From Antedon mediterranea (lineage: Eukaryota; Animalia; Echinodermata): DNA of 64,000 nucleotides. This document shows, one piece after another, positions 43,001 through 58,000 of this stretch. A program made the position numbers and the translations under genes. Positions within the stretch are counted from its first letter, which is position 1. Each line of letters opens with the position of its first letter. The stretch lies in the NCBI RefSeq assembly GCF_964355755.1, contig NC_092670.1:19330795-19394794 (forward strand). The letters are read 5' to 3'. The notes under the pieces were generated by a model. That model was not told the DNA's origin, ran no database searches, and was given only the letters and a program-made list of their open reading frames with translations.

Positions 43001-46000
43001 CTGTCATTTTCATCAATAAGACGATCATAAAACACACGGTAAACTTCATGGATCCAGAGACGTATCAACTTATCTTTGTCATCCTCAACAAGATGTGTCT
43101 TTGGTGCCAATAAAACACCTCTTATGACGCGAGCAAAATCACGCAGGTTGAAAACGTAATGTGATTTAGATGGTGTGGGCAAGAAGTTGGTTATAGCAGC
43201 CTTGTAGACACCCATCGTTGCTTGGACCATTATCTGTAGAATATAACTAAAGTTAAATATACTAAACAATCTTTTGGATGCTGACCCAATCAACTTGATA
43301 TCTAGATGGCCCAAAACCCATGACCAATACTAGATGGCCCATGACCAGGCTTACTAGATGGCCCAAAACACATGACCAAGCTTTACTAGATGGCCCAAAA
43401 CCTATGACCAGGCTAGATGGTCCAAAACTCATGACCAGGTTTACTAGATGGCCCGAAATCCATGACCATCTTATTAGAAATCCTTTGTCATACTAAACTT
43501 TACTATAAAATAACCTTTTTGTTAACAGCTAAATCATACCAAACATGGTAGACTACTATTTACAATCATGGTAGATGACCTTGTTTTAAAATCTCACCTT
43601 TCCTAGTCGTACAAAAGCACCATCATAGCCTTTGGCGAAATGCCAATCAGTGATGTTTGTGAAAATCTGTGTCATTGTAGCATCGTCAAAAGAGTCAATA
43701 GATATTATGTTGAAATGGCGAGTGAAACGGCCGGTAATGTCGTTGCGTCCACCACCTGGCGGTCCCATGGCTGTCACTATAATCTTTTTTTAAAATACAA
43801 AATGGATTAAAGAGTTTATATAAGAGAGTCTGTTTTCTATGCACAAAGAATAAATACATATATTGGCTAGAGTTAGAATAACTATGGCGGTTTTTAGTAG
43901 CAGTGGAGTGGGAGTTTTAATGGCAGAAAGCATTTGCAGTCAGCCTAGTGGCAGTAGTAGTGGAAGCCACACTGGTGTCATTGGTTGTTTGAAATGATAG
44001 AGCAACTTACTGTATCAATAAGTTCAAGTTTGGAAGTATCTTTCTTATCAAACCAATGTTTGTGATCAATCCACTGCCTGAGCAATTCAATTGGAGGTTG
44101 CGCTCCATACACCTCCTTAGCTGGCATGTTCAGATCATCTACAAATAACACACATTTCTTGTTCATTGGCGGCCCATACACACCCTTTCTTCGCCTAAAT
44201 AGGAAAGTATAAAATGATTCTAATAAAAATGTGTTACTTTAGCTGAAAAAAGACAATACTTACCTAATACATAATTTGCACATTAAAATAATACACACCT
44301 ATCCAATTTAGACATGATAATATCTTGCGTCTGATTTGCTGATGTACGAGCAGAAAAATTGATGTTATTTGGTAAGAACCTGTATTGAAGAAGAAACAAA
44401 TGTTAAATGTTAAACAACTGGACTTAGTTTTCATGGCATGCTTGGAAATGTCGGAAAACAGTTTAAAAAACACTTACTGTTCTTTTGGCAATCCAACTAG
44501 GTAGTCATTGGTAATGGCGGATTTTCCAGTACCAGTTGGTCCTATGAACATTAATGGTGTGCCATGGCTAAGGTATGTGTCCAAGAAAAACACCTGTTTA
44601 GCTGTGTCGTTGGTTTGAATGATCAAATCACTAACCTAAAAAGATAAATGTTGGAACATATTTAAAGATCTTTGTGTTAGCAGGAATCAGTGATCATATT
44701 CATCAATCACACTTAAGTGGGATATTTCTATTGAAAAGTAATAATTTCACTTAAGTCAATACAAATTTAAAGATTTCCCTTAAATGTGAAAACGGCTAAT
44801 GGGTCCTCTATTTTGCTGGATGAGAGAAAAAGAGAAGCTCAAATGAAAACCACTACTACATCACACCAATGAATATCAACAGTAAATACATCAACTGTTC
44901 ACAAAAATGATACAACATTCTGAGTAAACTTTCAAATGATACAACATTCTGAGTAAACTTTCAAATGATACAACATTCTGAGTAAACTTACTTTTGATAC
45001 AACATGCATATAATATTACTTCCATTCACTTACTTTTGCATCTTTTGGCAACACTGATTTTTCTTTATCAATATAATCAATCCAATCAGTCCATTTTCCA
45101 CTTGCTTGCTTTTCAAAGAAATAATCATAAACAGTTCCTCTTTCTGGAAATGAGTTGCTCTGAAAATAAACGTAAAGACAGTTCATAGGACAATTTATAT
45201 TTAGGCATATCACTACCATATTTGGCATATCACTACCATATTTGGCATATCACTACCATATTTGGGCACTTTTTTTGTCAAACTAGTTTGATAGTGTAGA
45301 CAGAGCTTTAGTTTAACAATCATAAGTGTAGTTTCTTCATTTTATACCTTTGTAATTTTGATGCTCTTTGGTTTTGGATGGTTTGGATCAGTTCCACTAA
45401 TTAACACACGGAAGAATTGATCAAACTTCTTGCAACTGTCGCTGTTCAGTGTTCCACCAACTGTCCACACAAGAGAGAACAGGAACAGCCCTTGCAACCA
45501 CAGGGTTATCTAAGTGAATAAAAAAATTATTCTCCATAATAGAGTAGTAGTAATCATAGAAAGAAGAACTGGTTGTGCATACTGGAATTGTATTAGAATC
45601 TTCAGAGACAATATAGGGTCAATCCACCATTCGTTCTATAGTTATTTAGCCAGGTAAAATTAGCAATAATTGGCCAATGAAACCAAACGGTGAATAACCA
45701 AGCCTGAACGAATTCATAGTGTTTTGATATAAAGTTTGCGGTACACCACGTATATTAGTTGAACTGTTGAGAAGTTCGCCATGCAAACCTTTAAACAATA
45801 TATTTATAGTGTTTATTAATTTAGGAATTAGTCTGCTGTCCTCACTCACCTGTTGATTGCTCATTTCTGGTTGGCCTTCTTGTCCAGACACTGCAATTTC
45901 ATCCATGAGGCATGTGTACAGGTTCATTAGTGAGTTGGCGAGATGAATTACAGATGTCTGGATGAACACTTTACACTCGTGTCTGATGAAATCTGAAACA

Positions 46001-49000
46001 AAGCAAATAAATAACTATGATGATATGCCAGCACTTTTAGTTATGCTATACATTATGTTGCATTGACCACTCGCTCTCTTTCTTTCTTGGAAATGTCTAC
46101 AACTAAAGGCCAACTCAGACTGCGTCGTACAACAAGGCTGATAAGACATCTTGACTCATCAGTACTGTCCGAGTTGAATCCTGACAAGACAAGTCGTCTT
46201 GAGATAGCGACGGGCATAGTTTTTAGGTATTCATGAAAACTTTAAACATGTTTAATTTTCTCCCGACAAGAAGACTCCTCTGGCCTCGTCATACAACGCT
46301 GTTTGAGTTGGCCTTAAAACTGAGTATACAAGATTAGTTTTTGGCAGCATACAATGTATACTGTAGGTCTCTTGCCAGATGTAATACAGGAAATGAAACC
46401 ACTAACCCCAACAAGGATCAATCAACCACTCAAACAAGTCATTGATCATTTCCTTATGTTCCTCTTTGACAGCAGGTGGTAGATTTTCCATGTACGATGT
46501 CTTAAGAGGACGCCATCCAAGCTGGTGTGGTTCCATGTAGATCATACCACATCTACTGACAGTAGCTGGTGAGGCTTGCTCTAAGTCTGCAGGCTCAAAG
46601 ATCAAATTCTGCTTGTTGTTCATTTGAATAATCTCACCACTCATCAAACATAGCTAAAAAAATAAATATTTTAGCTAAGCATGGAGTTGTCTAATGAGTA
46701 CATCATTACAGGCTGTACTTTATTATAATATGTTATAATATAACCTCTATTACAGGGAAACATTCGGGACATAAACTGTCCCTTTAAGCGGGGTGTCACC
46801 TGAATAGAGATTGGCTGTACTGATAAAACTTGTTTGTTCGGGAAAGTGTCCGCAATATAGTTTGTGAGGAGGAGAGGTTCTACTGTAAATTGTGTTATTG
46901 CTTGAAATGTCCATCACTTGAATCACCAAAAAAGGTCAAAGAGGATGGAGTTTTAACTTGAATTTCAGGTTGAGGCTATTAGTAAGCACAAGTTTCTTTG
47001 AATCATGTATGTAAACTTTACTTTACCTTCTTATTGTCATCCAAGACCGTGTTCATATTTTCAATCCAGACAGCATCCACTGGGCCATCAAACAATATCC
47101 ACTTCCGATCTTCAGACTGTGAAGCAGCTTGTTCACGAAATGTATTAGCCAGCACACCTAAAAGAAATCAATACTTTTATTTAATTTTTATTGAGCACAT
47201 ACATCAGTGTTTCACATGGTATCAACGGCTTGTTGTTTCAGCTGAAAAAAATCTTTGCATTCCTTATATGTATTATTATTAAACATATTAAAATTTATTA
47301 CAGAAAGCATAAAACAACTGAGTCAAATAGGGATGCTAATGTAATTCTAAAGCTCTGTCTACACTATCAAACTAGTTTGACAAAAAAAGTGTGATGTGCC
47401 CAAATATGGTAGTGATATGATATCATCATGTCCATATATGGGCACATCACATGTTTTTGTCACATAAAGTTTGACAGAGCTTAATTGAATAAAAATGTAT
47501 CTCCTTACCATCTGTCCATTCATGCGAGACGGGGTCAAAGCAACCATATAGCTGACCCATAGTGATAGCCTTAGGGTTTATGATTTCAAAGATAACCTTA
47601 AACTCATTCATTAGCCCTCCTGCGTGTAGATCTCCAAGAGCATTGGCCAGCACCTTATAGGCTGATGTCTTGCCTCCCATCGGGTCGCCTACGATCATGA
47701 AGCCATGACGCACAAGCATCATCTCATATATCTGGATAATTTTCTCAATGAACCATGGAACAGCTTGTAACTTCAACTTGGTGATGTTCTCATTGAGAGC
47801 TTCAAGAAGGACGACATAGTCTGGTGTTGGCAAGACCACACCTGGAAACAAGTCACTGATGATTCCTTCAAACAATGGCACATCCTAGTAACAAAAAATA
47901 TACATATACTGAAGACTTTCACAATTATCAATTACATTATATAATAAAAAAATGTATAGTACTGTACAAAGATGTATGGTACTGTTATAGGGTGGTAAGG
48001 TACTAACTTAATGTGACAAAAAAATGTGATGTGCCCATATATAGACATGATGTCATATCACTACCATAATTGAGCATATCACTGCCATATTTGGGCACAA
48101 CACACTTTTTTTGTCAAACTAGTTTGATAGTGTAGACAGAGCTTAAGATCATAGTATAAAAATATAAATGTGTGGAGGGTACGATTATACAAACCTGAGC
48201 TAAGAACTTTGGTAAATTAACATCTTTAATAGCCCTCAATAACAGAATACTCTCTTTCTCATCTGGAAGAGCTAACTTCAAATTACCAGCAGCTGTCAAT
48301 ACAGACTTTACTGCACGCATCCCATAATCATAGTGATGCTGGGAAGACAACTGTTCTGAACACAACCGGTATGTGGCAACGATTTTTCCAGCAAGACTTC
48401 GTGCATCAACAAATCCCATACTGTAGAGAACAATCTCACCAATCATACCATAGTCAGGTACCATCATGGCTACCGTTCTGAACAGAACCTATGAATATAA
48501 AATAGATTTCAGTATTGCATTATTGTATGTCCATCATAAAGTATTTCTGTCACCCAAGAGAGCAAACAAATTGTTGGAATGGTAAGGAAGTAATTTTGGT
48601 TTCCATTTGAAAATGCAACGCAAGGATGTAGACGCATGAAAAGCGACAGTTTGCATAATCCATCACTTGTAATTATGCAAATCGATTGTACTTGCTTTGC
48701 ATCTCTAGTGGGAACCAAGCATTAGACTTGCACAAGAGAAGGCATGAGTTTGAGACATGTATGTTGCAATTCTTTACTATCAATTGATTTGTGATTGGAT
48801 TACTCAAATCACTTACATTTTGTTTACGTACTTACATTGCATCTCTAGTGGAACCAAGCATTAGACTTGCATTAAAGGAGGTATGTTACAATTCTTTCCT
48901 ATCAATTGATAAAGTTTTATATAAAAGTAAATCAAACTTATATCTGTAAAACCTACCTTTAAATTGTCAGGAAGATCAGATCTACCAGCATAGCCTGGGT

Positions 49001-52000
49001 TCATTGTGATGAACATGGTACACGTAGGATTTAAAGTCAACTCAGTCCCTTCAAACATAAACTTCTTTTGATTTCGCTGGATAGCATGCTGAATACTTTG
49101 AATCTGTTGAGCAACCACAGACAAGACTTCTAACTCGATCCGGTTAAACTCATCAAAGCATGCCCAAGCGCCAGCCTGTGCTAGTCCTTTAAAGAACTTC
49201 CCCATAGCTTTGTAATCCAAGCCATCTGAGCAGTTGAAGACAACGCATTGTTTGGCTACTGCTTTAGCAAGATCTTTGCTGGTCTCAGTCTTGCCTGTAC
49301 CTGCTGGGCCTTCAGGAGCACCTCCAAGATTCAATTTCAGAGCACCCATCAGCGTCCTAGTAAAAAAATATAGATGGTTTGGAGCATTATGAATTGGTCA
49401 GTGTATTATGTATGTATAATAGGCAAAAGCAAAATCTGTGTTACCTGTAACACCTATCTGTAAGTGGTGTGATAACCAAGCGTCCACTATTTCCAAGGTA
49501 TTCATAGCCATATCGAATCTGTGTAGTTATCATCTGAACGTCAACTTCTGTGCCATTGAAGTAGTAGCGAAGTTGGCTGATCCAGTTGAAGTCAGCCTCT
49601 GAAGACACATCAAGTTCTTCTAAGCGAGCAACGACATCTCTGGCTAGAAGAGGTAAAGAACAAAGTGAATTAGCTAATGCAAATATTGAGAGAAGACCAA
49701 TGGAAGTGTCACGAATGGTAAGCATTGACAAGTAGCATCAGGACACATTATTTTCAAATTAGCCTGGAAATAAGAAAGTAAATTTGGTTGACATTATCTT
49801 AAATATGATGCATTTTACATAAACAAAATTAAACTGGTGGCTATTGATTGTATACAGTTAGCGCACATGTTGATGTTCAAAACATCACTTCCGCAACCCA
49901 CTAGACCACTATCGTATATAAATATATGTATTTTTTTTTTCTTTTGTTATGTTAAGTAGTAACAAAGAAGGCAGGGGTATACAGGCTGTGGTAGGGCTTT
50001 GACAGGTAGTAGGCAGAAAGAAGTAATCAATCTTACCATGTACATCCATAACTGTCAGAGCACCAAGTGTGACCCTGGCACCCTTCTCTAACTTGCCACG
50101 TACAAGATCAACGATGTCACTCAGGTTCTCATTACTCTTCTCTAGGTATTTCTAAGTAAACAAAAAATATAAATGTAAGTAGTGGCATTGTAGCTGTGTC
50201 TTTATGCTTACCTGCCAACTAATAGCAAGGTACTCTAATGTTCTAATGGTCAAACAAATACATAATAGTTAAAATACACCTTCCAGTTCTTACATACCTT
50301 GAGTCCTCCTTTTTCTGTGATAGCCTCTGCAACTTCAGTTGTCCAATAAATCTGTGTACAGCAGAGGACGACCTGTCCAGGCCACTCTAGTACCCATTTG
50401 TTACGTGGGATGCTGGCATAGGCTCCTGTACCATCCTGAATGACCTTGCGAACACTCGCTATCATGATGTCTTCTACTTGGGCTAGCCATTTCTCAACCA
50501 TACCCTACAAAAAAATTGTGTAAATTCATTTTAAACAACATTGATTATGGGAAAGTATACATTACCTTTATTCATGTTACTGAAACTGTTTTACGGGTCT
50601 ATCACACCTGTTCCGGTCCGGCACCGGCAAATCAAATCGAACGTCAATGTTTGTTTTCACAACGCTCTACGTTGACATGCGCATAGCCGCGTGAAAACAA
50701 AACATTTACTTTCAATCTTCTTTGCCGCCGCCGGACTAGAACCGTGCTGGAACAGGTCTGAAAGACCCTTTAGACATGATTAGCACTATTTCATCATACC
50801 ATATTTTGTGTATAAGCTCAATCACCAAAACAAACTGGATGGGAATTAGTTTGTACTTACTCTAGCTTTAGCAGGGTAGATCTTTGATGACAATGGCACA
50901 GTCTCTTTCTCAGCACTGATCATGCCAACAATCTCCTGCTGGTCAGTGAACTCCAGCTTGGCGATTCCTTCAAAGCACTTCTTCAAATGAGGCTGTACAC
51001 GAAGAGGATCTTTTGTTTCTGACAAGATCTCAAGCAGTTCATCATTTGACAAGAAAAAGAACCTTAATGGATGAAAAGAAACAATATTTAGAGATATAAC
51101 TCGCCAAAGAAGCTCAAACCCTAATCTGTTCTTTTAAAGGGCCAATAGTTGTAATTCACTTGTTAATTACCTTGGAAAATATAATCTCTTCTTCTCGAGA
51201 TAGTCGTTCAATCCTTTCTGAATCTCTTCAAGAAGTTGGTTTGATTCCACCAGTCTGCCCAACATGTTTGGCTGTGCTGTACATACAAGTGCCTTTGTGT
51301 CCTTAACCTGCACAGAACGAATACAAACATCATTTTATAAAGGCTAGGTAGAACTTGAACAGATTCACAGATTGTAATACAACTACTTTAAATTCTGTAT
51401 AAAGCTGTCAAACTGTGACAAATCAATTTGATGTGTCCATATATGGACACAATAATGTCATATTACTACCATATTTGGGCACATCACCCTTCTTTTTTGT
51501 CAAACTAGTTTGATAATGTAGACAGCCCTTAGACTTACAGATTCTGTCATGATGTCCTTCCAGTAACTATCAACAATACCAAACTTGCGTCCTTCTTCAG
51601 GCATTTGAGCCATAATATCTTCAGAGCTAAAGATTGGTTCTAGATAGAGCCAAGTGGCCTGGCATTTAAGCCATGAGTCTAGGATGTCTTGCATTGTAAC
51701 CAGTTTCTCTTCCCATTCCTGTGAAGTAAGAGGTAAATGAGGTCCTGTTAGGCACTGCTTTGTGGAAGCCCTAGACAAAAATGTATGGCAATGTCCTAAT
51801 AAAGGAGGAAACAATTAGAGATACTATATTTGTTTTGAAACAATGTTTCTCTGTTAAAATAACCATACCTTGACTTCCTGTTCAAATGGTTTAATGTATG
51901 GAGAGCCTCGCATTGTCTGTGTCTTCACAACATGGTCATCAAGAACTAATTGTATCTCATCTACACTTGACAGAATGGAAACACCCTGAAAATATATAGA

Positions 52001-55000
52001 CATATATTATAAATTGATGTCCTAAGGAAATAAAAAGAAAAAAAAATATATGATATAGTACAGTATGGCGCTCGGAATTTGGTCATTACAGACAGCACAC
52101 ACTACATGATTGGCAGTCAACCAATCAAATGACAAGGTTACACAAAATCGCCTTAATATTAAAACTAATCTGCTGCTAAGCCCACCCAAACTATATAGCA
52201 GGTGGTTGCACTTACTGTATCTCTATATGGCACAAATTCAAAGCTAACATCTGCCCACTCTCCTTTCATTTTCTCCATTGCTTTCTCCAGCGAGTATTCT
52301 TTACTGGCTGCAGCACCAACCTCTTCAAGCCTAAGTAACCATGAAAGAAATGATTTACTGCAGTAACAACAAAATATATTGCTGAGTTTCCACTGACATG
52401 TCTAGCCATAAGGGATGAGTACCAGGTTGGAAATTTTTCTGAAGACCGTAGACTTGATGAATACAACTGTCCTATTTCATGCACAAATACAGTAGGGGTG
52501 TTCATCAATACGTAGGAAAGGAAATACACAGGAAAGTCTTCCCTTAAGCTCTGTCTACACTATCAAACTTGCTTGACAAAAAAAAGTGTAATGTACTGTA
52601 GTGCTATGAAATTATCATGTCCATAAATGGGCACATTACATTTAAAGTTTGATAGTGTAGACAGGGCTTTAATAGTGGTGTCCAATGGAGGGGTTCTACT
52701 GTATGATACATGCATCAAACGTTGTCTTACTTATCCATATATTTACTGAGTCCCAATTCTAATATGTGGTAAAAGGATGTCTCTTCATCAGGCTTCAACT
52801 GGAATCCAACAACATCACTCATCTACAACAAATAAAAAGTATATTTTATGCTGGTTAAAATGGTAAGCTGTACCTACACTATCTGTGACAAACAAATGTG
52901 ATATGCCCAAATATGGTAGTGATATGATGTCATCGTGTCCATATATGTGCACATCATTTTTTTCACAAAGTTTGATAGTGCAGATAGAGCTTAATGTTAC
53001 TTTCACATACAAGCTTCTGGGCTTCTAGATACTAAAGATTGATATTTGGTCTATACTGTATGTACTTCCTTGTATTTTGTATATGACCATTTTATAAATA
53101 AATTGTGAATAAACTATTTTAAGTGTGGCTCTGAGTGAGGACACTTAATCATTTTCACCATCCACAGGCAATGCACTCATTGCCTGCATTGCCTGTTAGT
53201 TGAGAACCAATGAACTATACTGTATGTATTAAGATACAATTGCATATCTGTACATGGAAAATGAGTCTATTAATCTACTATTCAAGGATTTTCTACAGTA
53301 TAGGCAACATAAAATCAGTTCAAACAAGTTTGTTTTGTACCCTTTCCCAATGACGGTCCCTAATTCCAGGATTACAGACAACAGATAGAACTGGCAAGTG
53401 TTGCTTGAATTTATCAATCTTTCCCTTGACATTATTCGCAATTCTCTGTGGTCCTGGTTGGTCACCAAATGACTTTGCTAATTTGTACATAGTCCTGTAC
53501 ATTGTGTCCACTGTCTCTGTCACTTTCTCTGCATCAAGCTGTTGGAATGGGCCTAGTGTTGAGATAAAAAAATTATATTAGAAAGTTTAAAAGGTTTGTA
53601 GGAATATGGTAAGCAAGTTTAAAGCTCTGTCTACACTTAGAAAGTAGTTTGACAAAAAAAGTTTGATGTGCTAAATATGGTAGTGATTTGACATCATCAT
53701 GTCCACACTTTTTTGTCACATAAAGTTTGATAGTGCAGGCAGAGCTTAAGGAGTACTGGAGAGATAGTATGGCAGCATGCAGTGAGTGATAGTCATTTTG
53801 TTGTTGTTTTTTAAGGGGTATGGTTCTTGATTCTTAGTGTGATAATCCCTATTGCATCTCATATGAAGCCACTGCATAAAGGGTGCCGGTGACACCAGAT
53901 AGAAACAGCCTAATAATTATATGGGCTGGAAACTTCTGATGAAAGATTCTCTTGGCTCTGTTAAGTGCACATAAACCATATGTGTTTATGTGTTTTAAGA
54001 TAATTACAGTTAATAAATGTATTACATAGTCTCTGTTATAGCTTACCATTCAACCATGTCTCATACTGTGTATGGAAATCAAGTGCAGTATTCCAAAGGC
54101 TGTCATAGGGAGTTTTTGCTGCAAACATGGCAGAAAGGAGGGGGAAACTAGTTGCCTCCCACTCAAGTAGTTCCTCTTCTTTGTTCAGACCATCGAGTTC
54201 ATCTCTGGCATCTTCCATTTGGCTCTGAAGCTCATTCAGTTTGTCCACATTTCCCTTCATTTCGTCCATACTCAACATCTTTAGAAAAAGAAATGATTTG
54301 TAATGTTTAAATTGGAAAGTTTTAATTTAAGAAGTCTTACCTTTAATAATTCATTGATTTTGTATTCAGGCACACAAATAATGATACTGTATTATATACT
54401 GTATGTTAAACAAACCAATTATACACACAATAAGTACAAACATGGACACAAATAACAACAAATGTATGTACTTTTAAAGCAACACCAAACAAGCATTCTG
54501 ACTATAAACTTGAGCATTTTAACCAACTTTACCAACTGAATAACATATGTATGTACAGAGCAGTTTGAAGCACAACAAAAAACACATGCGGATACAGTCT
54601 TCCCATTGTTAAATCCCAGTTTTAATAAGTTTTGAATTTTGAATCGCTTGGCCCTCATTCCCTTTACTGCATCCCTAAATATTAAACCAAGCTAATTTTT
54701 TAATCTAATATCCTTTTAAGCCCAACAAAATTTCTATAGTAACCATATGCATAGTAAACCAATATAACACATTAAGAAATTTCTCAAAAACCAAATTACA
54801 ATAATACCCTTTACACATCTTGTAACAAGTTGTAACCATGTTTGATCTCCCAACTTATTACACGTTTTCACAAACGGATACGCAAAACTTGTGAAATTTT
54901 TGAAAGAAAGCATAGTTGCAGGCTATTTAATTACTATGTTTGGTCAGTAACAACTCTGGACTTCTCCGACCAAAAACAGGCCTCTCATCGGTGTGTTTTT

Positions 55001-58000
55001 TCCCACAAGGAGTCCCTCGTGAAATCTCGGAAGATTTTCCACAAAATCGTATTCACACCATGCAAATCTGGTTACAACTTGTTACAATTTTTTCAGATAC
55101 GAAATGGGTATTAGTGAAAATAAAAAAGAATGTTTTAGTAGTAACAAACAAGCAAACACAACAGTAAAACTGAAGATATTAACACCAACATTAAATGATA
55201 CTATACCTTTCCTCTTGGCTATTCAAAAGCATTACGGAAAAAAAATTATAAATTTAAATAGTAAAATTGAATACTATAATTGTCATAAATGGGTAGAAAG
55301 CTTTTTTGCTTGTTTTGTGGTTGTCCCTGTTTTATTTCTCAGTTTTAAAATGTTACAATTTTACTTTATTGTGTCGTGATTGAAATAAAATGAAAAAAAT
55401 TTAATATCTAGGACTCAGACATATACTGTAAGCTACGGTTGTTAGTACATATAAATAAATAAGTAACTTTTAAGGTTTTTATCAAGTTAAATTATTATTT
55501 TTGATCGCCGATTATTGTGACATTTTTTGTCATACTGTACCTCCTTCTTTCTGAAAAGTTCCACTTCACGGTTATACTCTTGCAGTTTGTCATCAAATTG
55601 TTGAACCTTCTTTCGCACCTCTTCCTCTGCCTGTTCTCGTCGATTCAAGAGACGGTTACGACACAACTCAAAGACGGTCTGAATGTGGTCTGGCCAATGG
55701 AACACTGTACTGTTCAGCTTTATGTCCTCATCTTTAACAAAATAATACTTTAGAATTGGAAAATACCAAACAGTTTCCTTCAATAGCATTCAATTTTTGA
55801 TTTTCATTCCCAAGATTCAAGGAATTAACAGATTTGTAAGGTTGTCTAAGCAAGTCTAACTGTGGAATGGGGAAAATATTACAAAATTACTGGTCTTTAT
55901 AGCTCTTACTTACATGGAAGTGTTGCATAGTCCAATAAAAACATCAAGCGGCTAGCTGCCTCGTCTATCTCATCTTTAAGTTTGTGAACTGTGACCTCAC
56001 TAGAAACTCGCAAGTAATCACCAAGCTCTACAACACCTGATGTGGTATCTGGCATCTCGCTCACACGTTCCGTGATTTCATCATATCGTTTGCAGATACT
56101 GAAAATAAATTATATATGTAACATCTTAAAAAAAGTAGATAATATTTTTTTTTAGAGTTATACCTTTTGAAAGAGCTGCTTCCAGTTTAAAGTTTGTCAA
56201 GATTATTTATACCGACCAGAGATCCACTTAGTTTTAGCCCGTGTTGAATATTGTGTCCTGTAGGCTAGATAGAACATAGCGTATCATGGAAAACCAATGT
56301 TGATTTCTTAAGGTAAGCATTTAATAGACTACATCGACTATGTTTATGTAAAGGTTTTGCTATACGTTTATTGATGCCTATCCTATATTATAATTAATAT
56401 TTACATTTTAAATATCTATATTAATTTTTTTTAATTTAGCTATTATAATTTGTTGTACCTTTTGTTCAATACCCTGTTTTCATCAACTTCAAACTTGACT
56501 AGACGTTCCTTCAACTTTTGCGCTCTGTTACAAAGGTCAAGGTTCAGCATCCTGCAGTCCAGACAGAACATACTGAGAGGAACAGTGATGTGGAGAGAAG
56601 AGATCTCCTCCTTTAGCTGGACATAACTATTAATCTTCTTAATGAATCCTTGCAAAGAGTGCCGCTCCTTAAGGAATGCAGATACGTCGGCTTCTGCCTT
56701 GTTGTTCAGAAGGTCGTGGTATTTCCTATACGTGTTCAGGTAGCGTGATGGACCAACTGTGTTTTGTTTGAAGATTTCCATGGCTTTGTCTATAAAATCA
56801 GTCACTAATTGTTCTTCAAGTTTCACTGTTCGTAGTAGCAGACGATGGCTTTTAAGCTCTGGGAAAATGTCACACTCAACCTGAAGCAAAGAGTATAAAG
56901 AATGAGTACAATGTACCATTTAAAAAATAGCTTGTGTGATTATTGTAAAAAGTTAGAAACAAAGTTATGTGATTTTGTTCCATTACATTTAAAAGATGTT
57001 TTTATAACAGCTAGATCAGGTAATAGAATAGTACCTACCCTTTGTAAGCCTTCTCCTGACTGAATTACTTTAGAGAAGCACTTGAGAATGATGTCTCTGC
57101 AGTGTCTGAATGGTGGGTCAAAGGAAATTTTAGGCTCATCTACCTTCAACTTAATGATCATGATTTGAGGCATGACATATTCAAGTTCCTTGTACTCATC
57201 TTCAAAATCATTCCCTGCCTGATAAAATATATAAGTAATAATAAAACATTGGATTAAACTACAATTAAAAGGAAAGAGAAAAGATTCTGGCATAGACAGA
57301 AATGTTCCTGACAACACGATTCAGAAGTGTGTTGGAAATGTATTTCATTACCAGGTACCTGTGGAGTAACGGCTCACTGGCTAAACCTTAGGAGTGCTAA
57401 ACCATAGGCCTTAGCCCTGTGCATTTCACCACTTCCTGGTACCCTATTCCTTCAAAATAATTGTTATACAAACTATGTATATTATACTGTAGACCACATT
57501 TCTTTTCATTTATTTCGTCAGAAAAGAACAACACATGACAAAACAAAAAGAGTTCAAAATTCAAAAGACTGGTTAAACAAACACCAAAATGAATCACCGT
57601 CAAGTGGCTCACCAAAATGGAAATTTAAATGAGTTTTAGTATTTGTGAAGCATTCCTAAATCTACTATGCTCATACTATGCTACTACTAGTTTGATGTGT
57701 AATGTGCCCAAATATCGTAGTGATATGCTTAAATATGGTAGTAGATATGACATCATGTCCATATATGGGCACATCACATTTTTTTGTCACATAAAGTTTG
57801 ATAGTCTAGCTTAAGGACATACATTATGAATTTCAAAGAACTCCAAAAAGTCAGCCAATGAATTGATGACCATGCTTCTTAGTTGGATGGACATCAGAGA
57901 AGCAATGCATGCAAAGAATTCCTGGAGACGCTGGGTTGACTCTAGGCTGTGAAGATGCAGCCACAACTGCCGATGGTTTGATATTATTTGTGCACAGCTT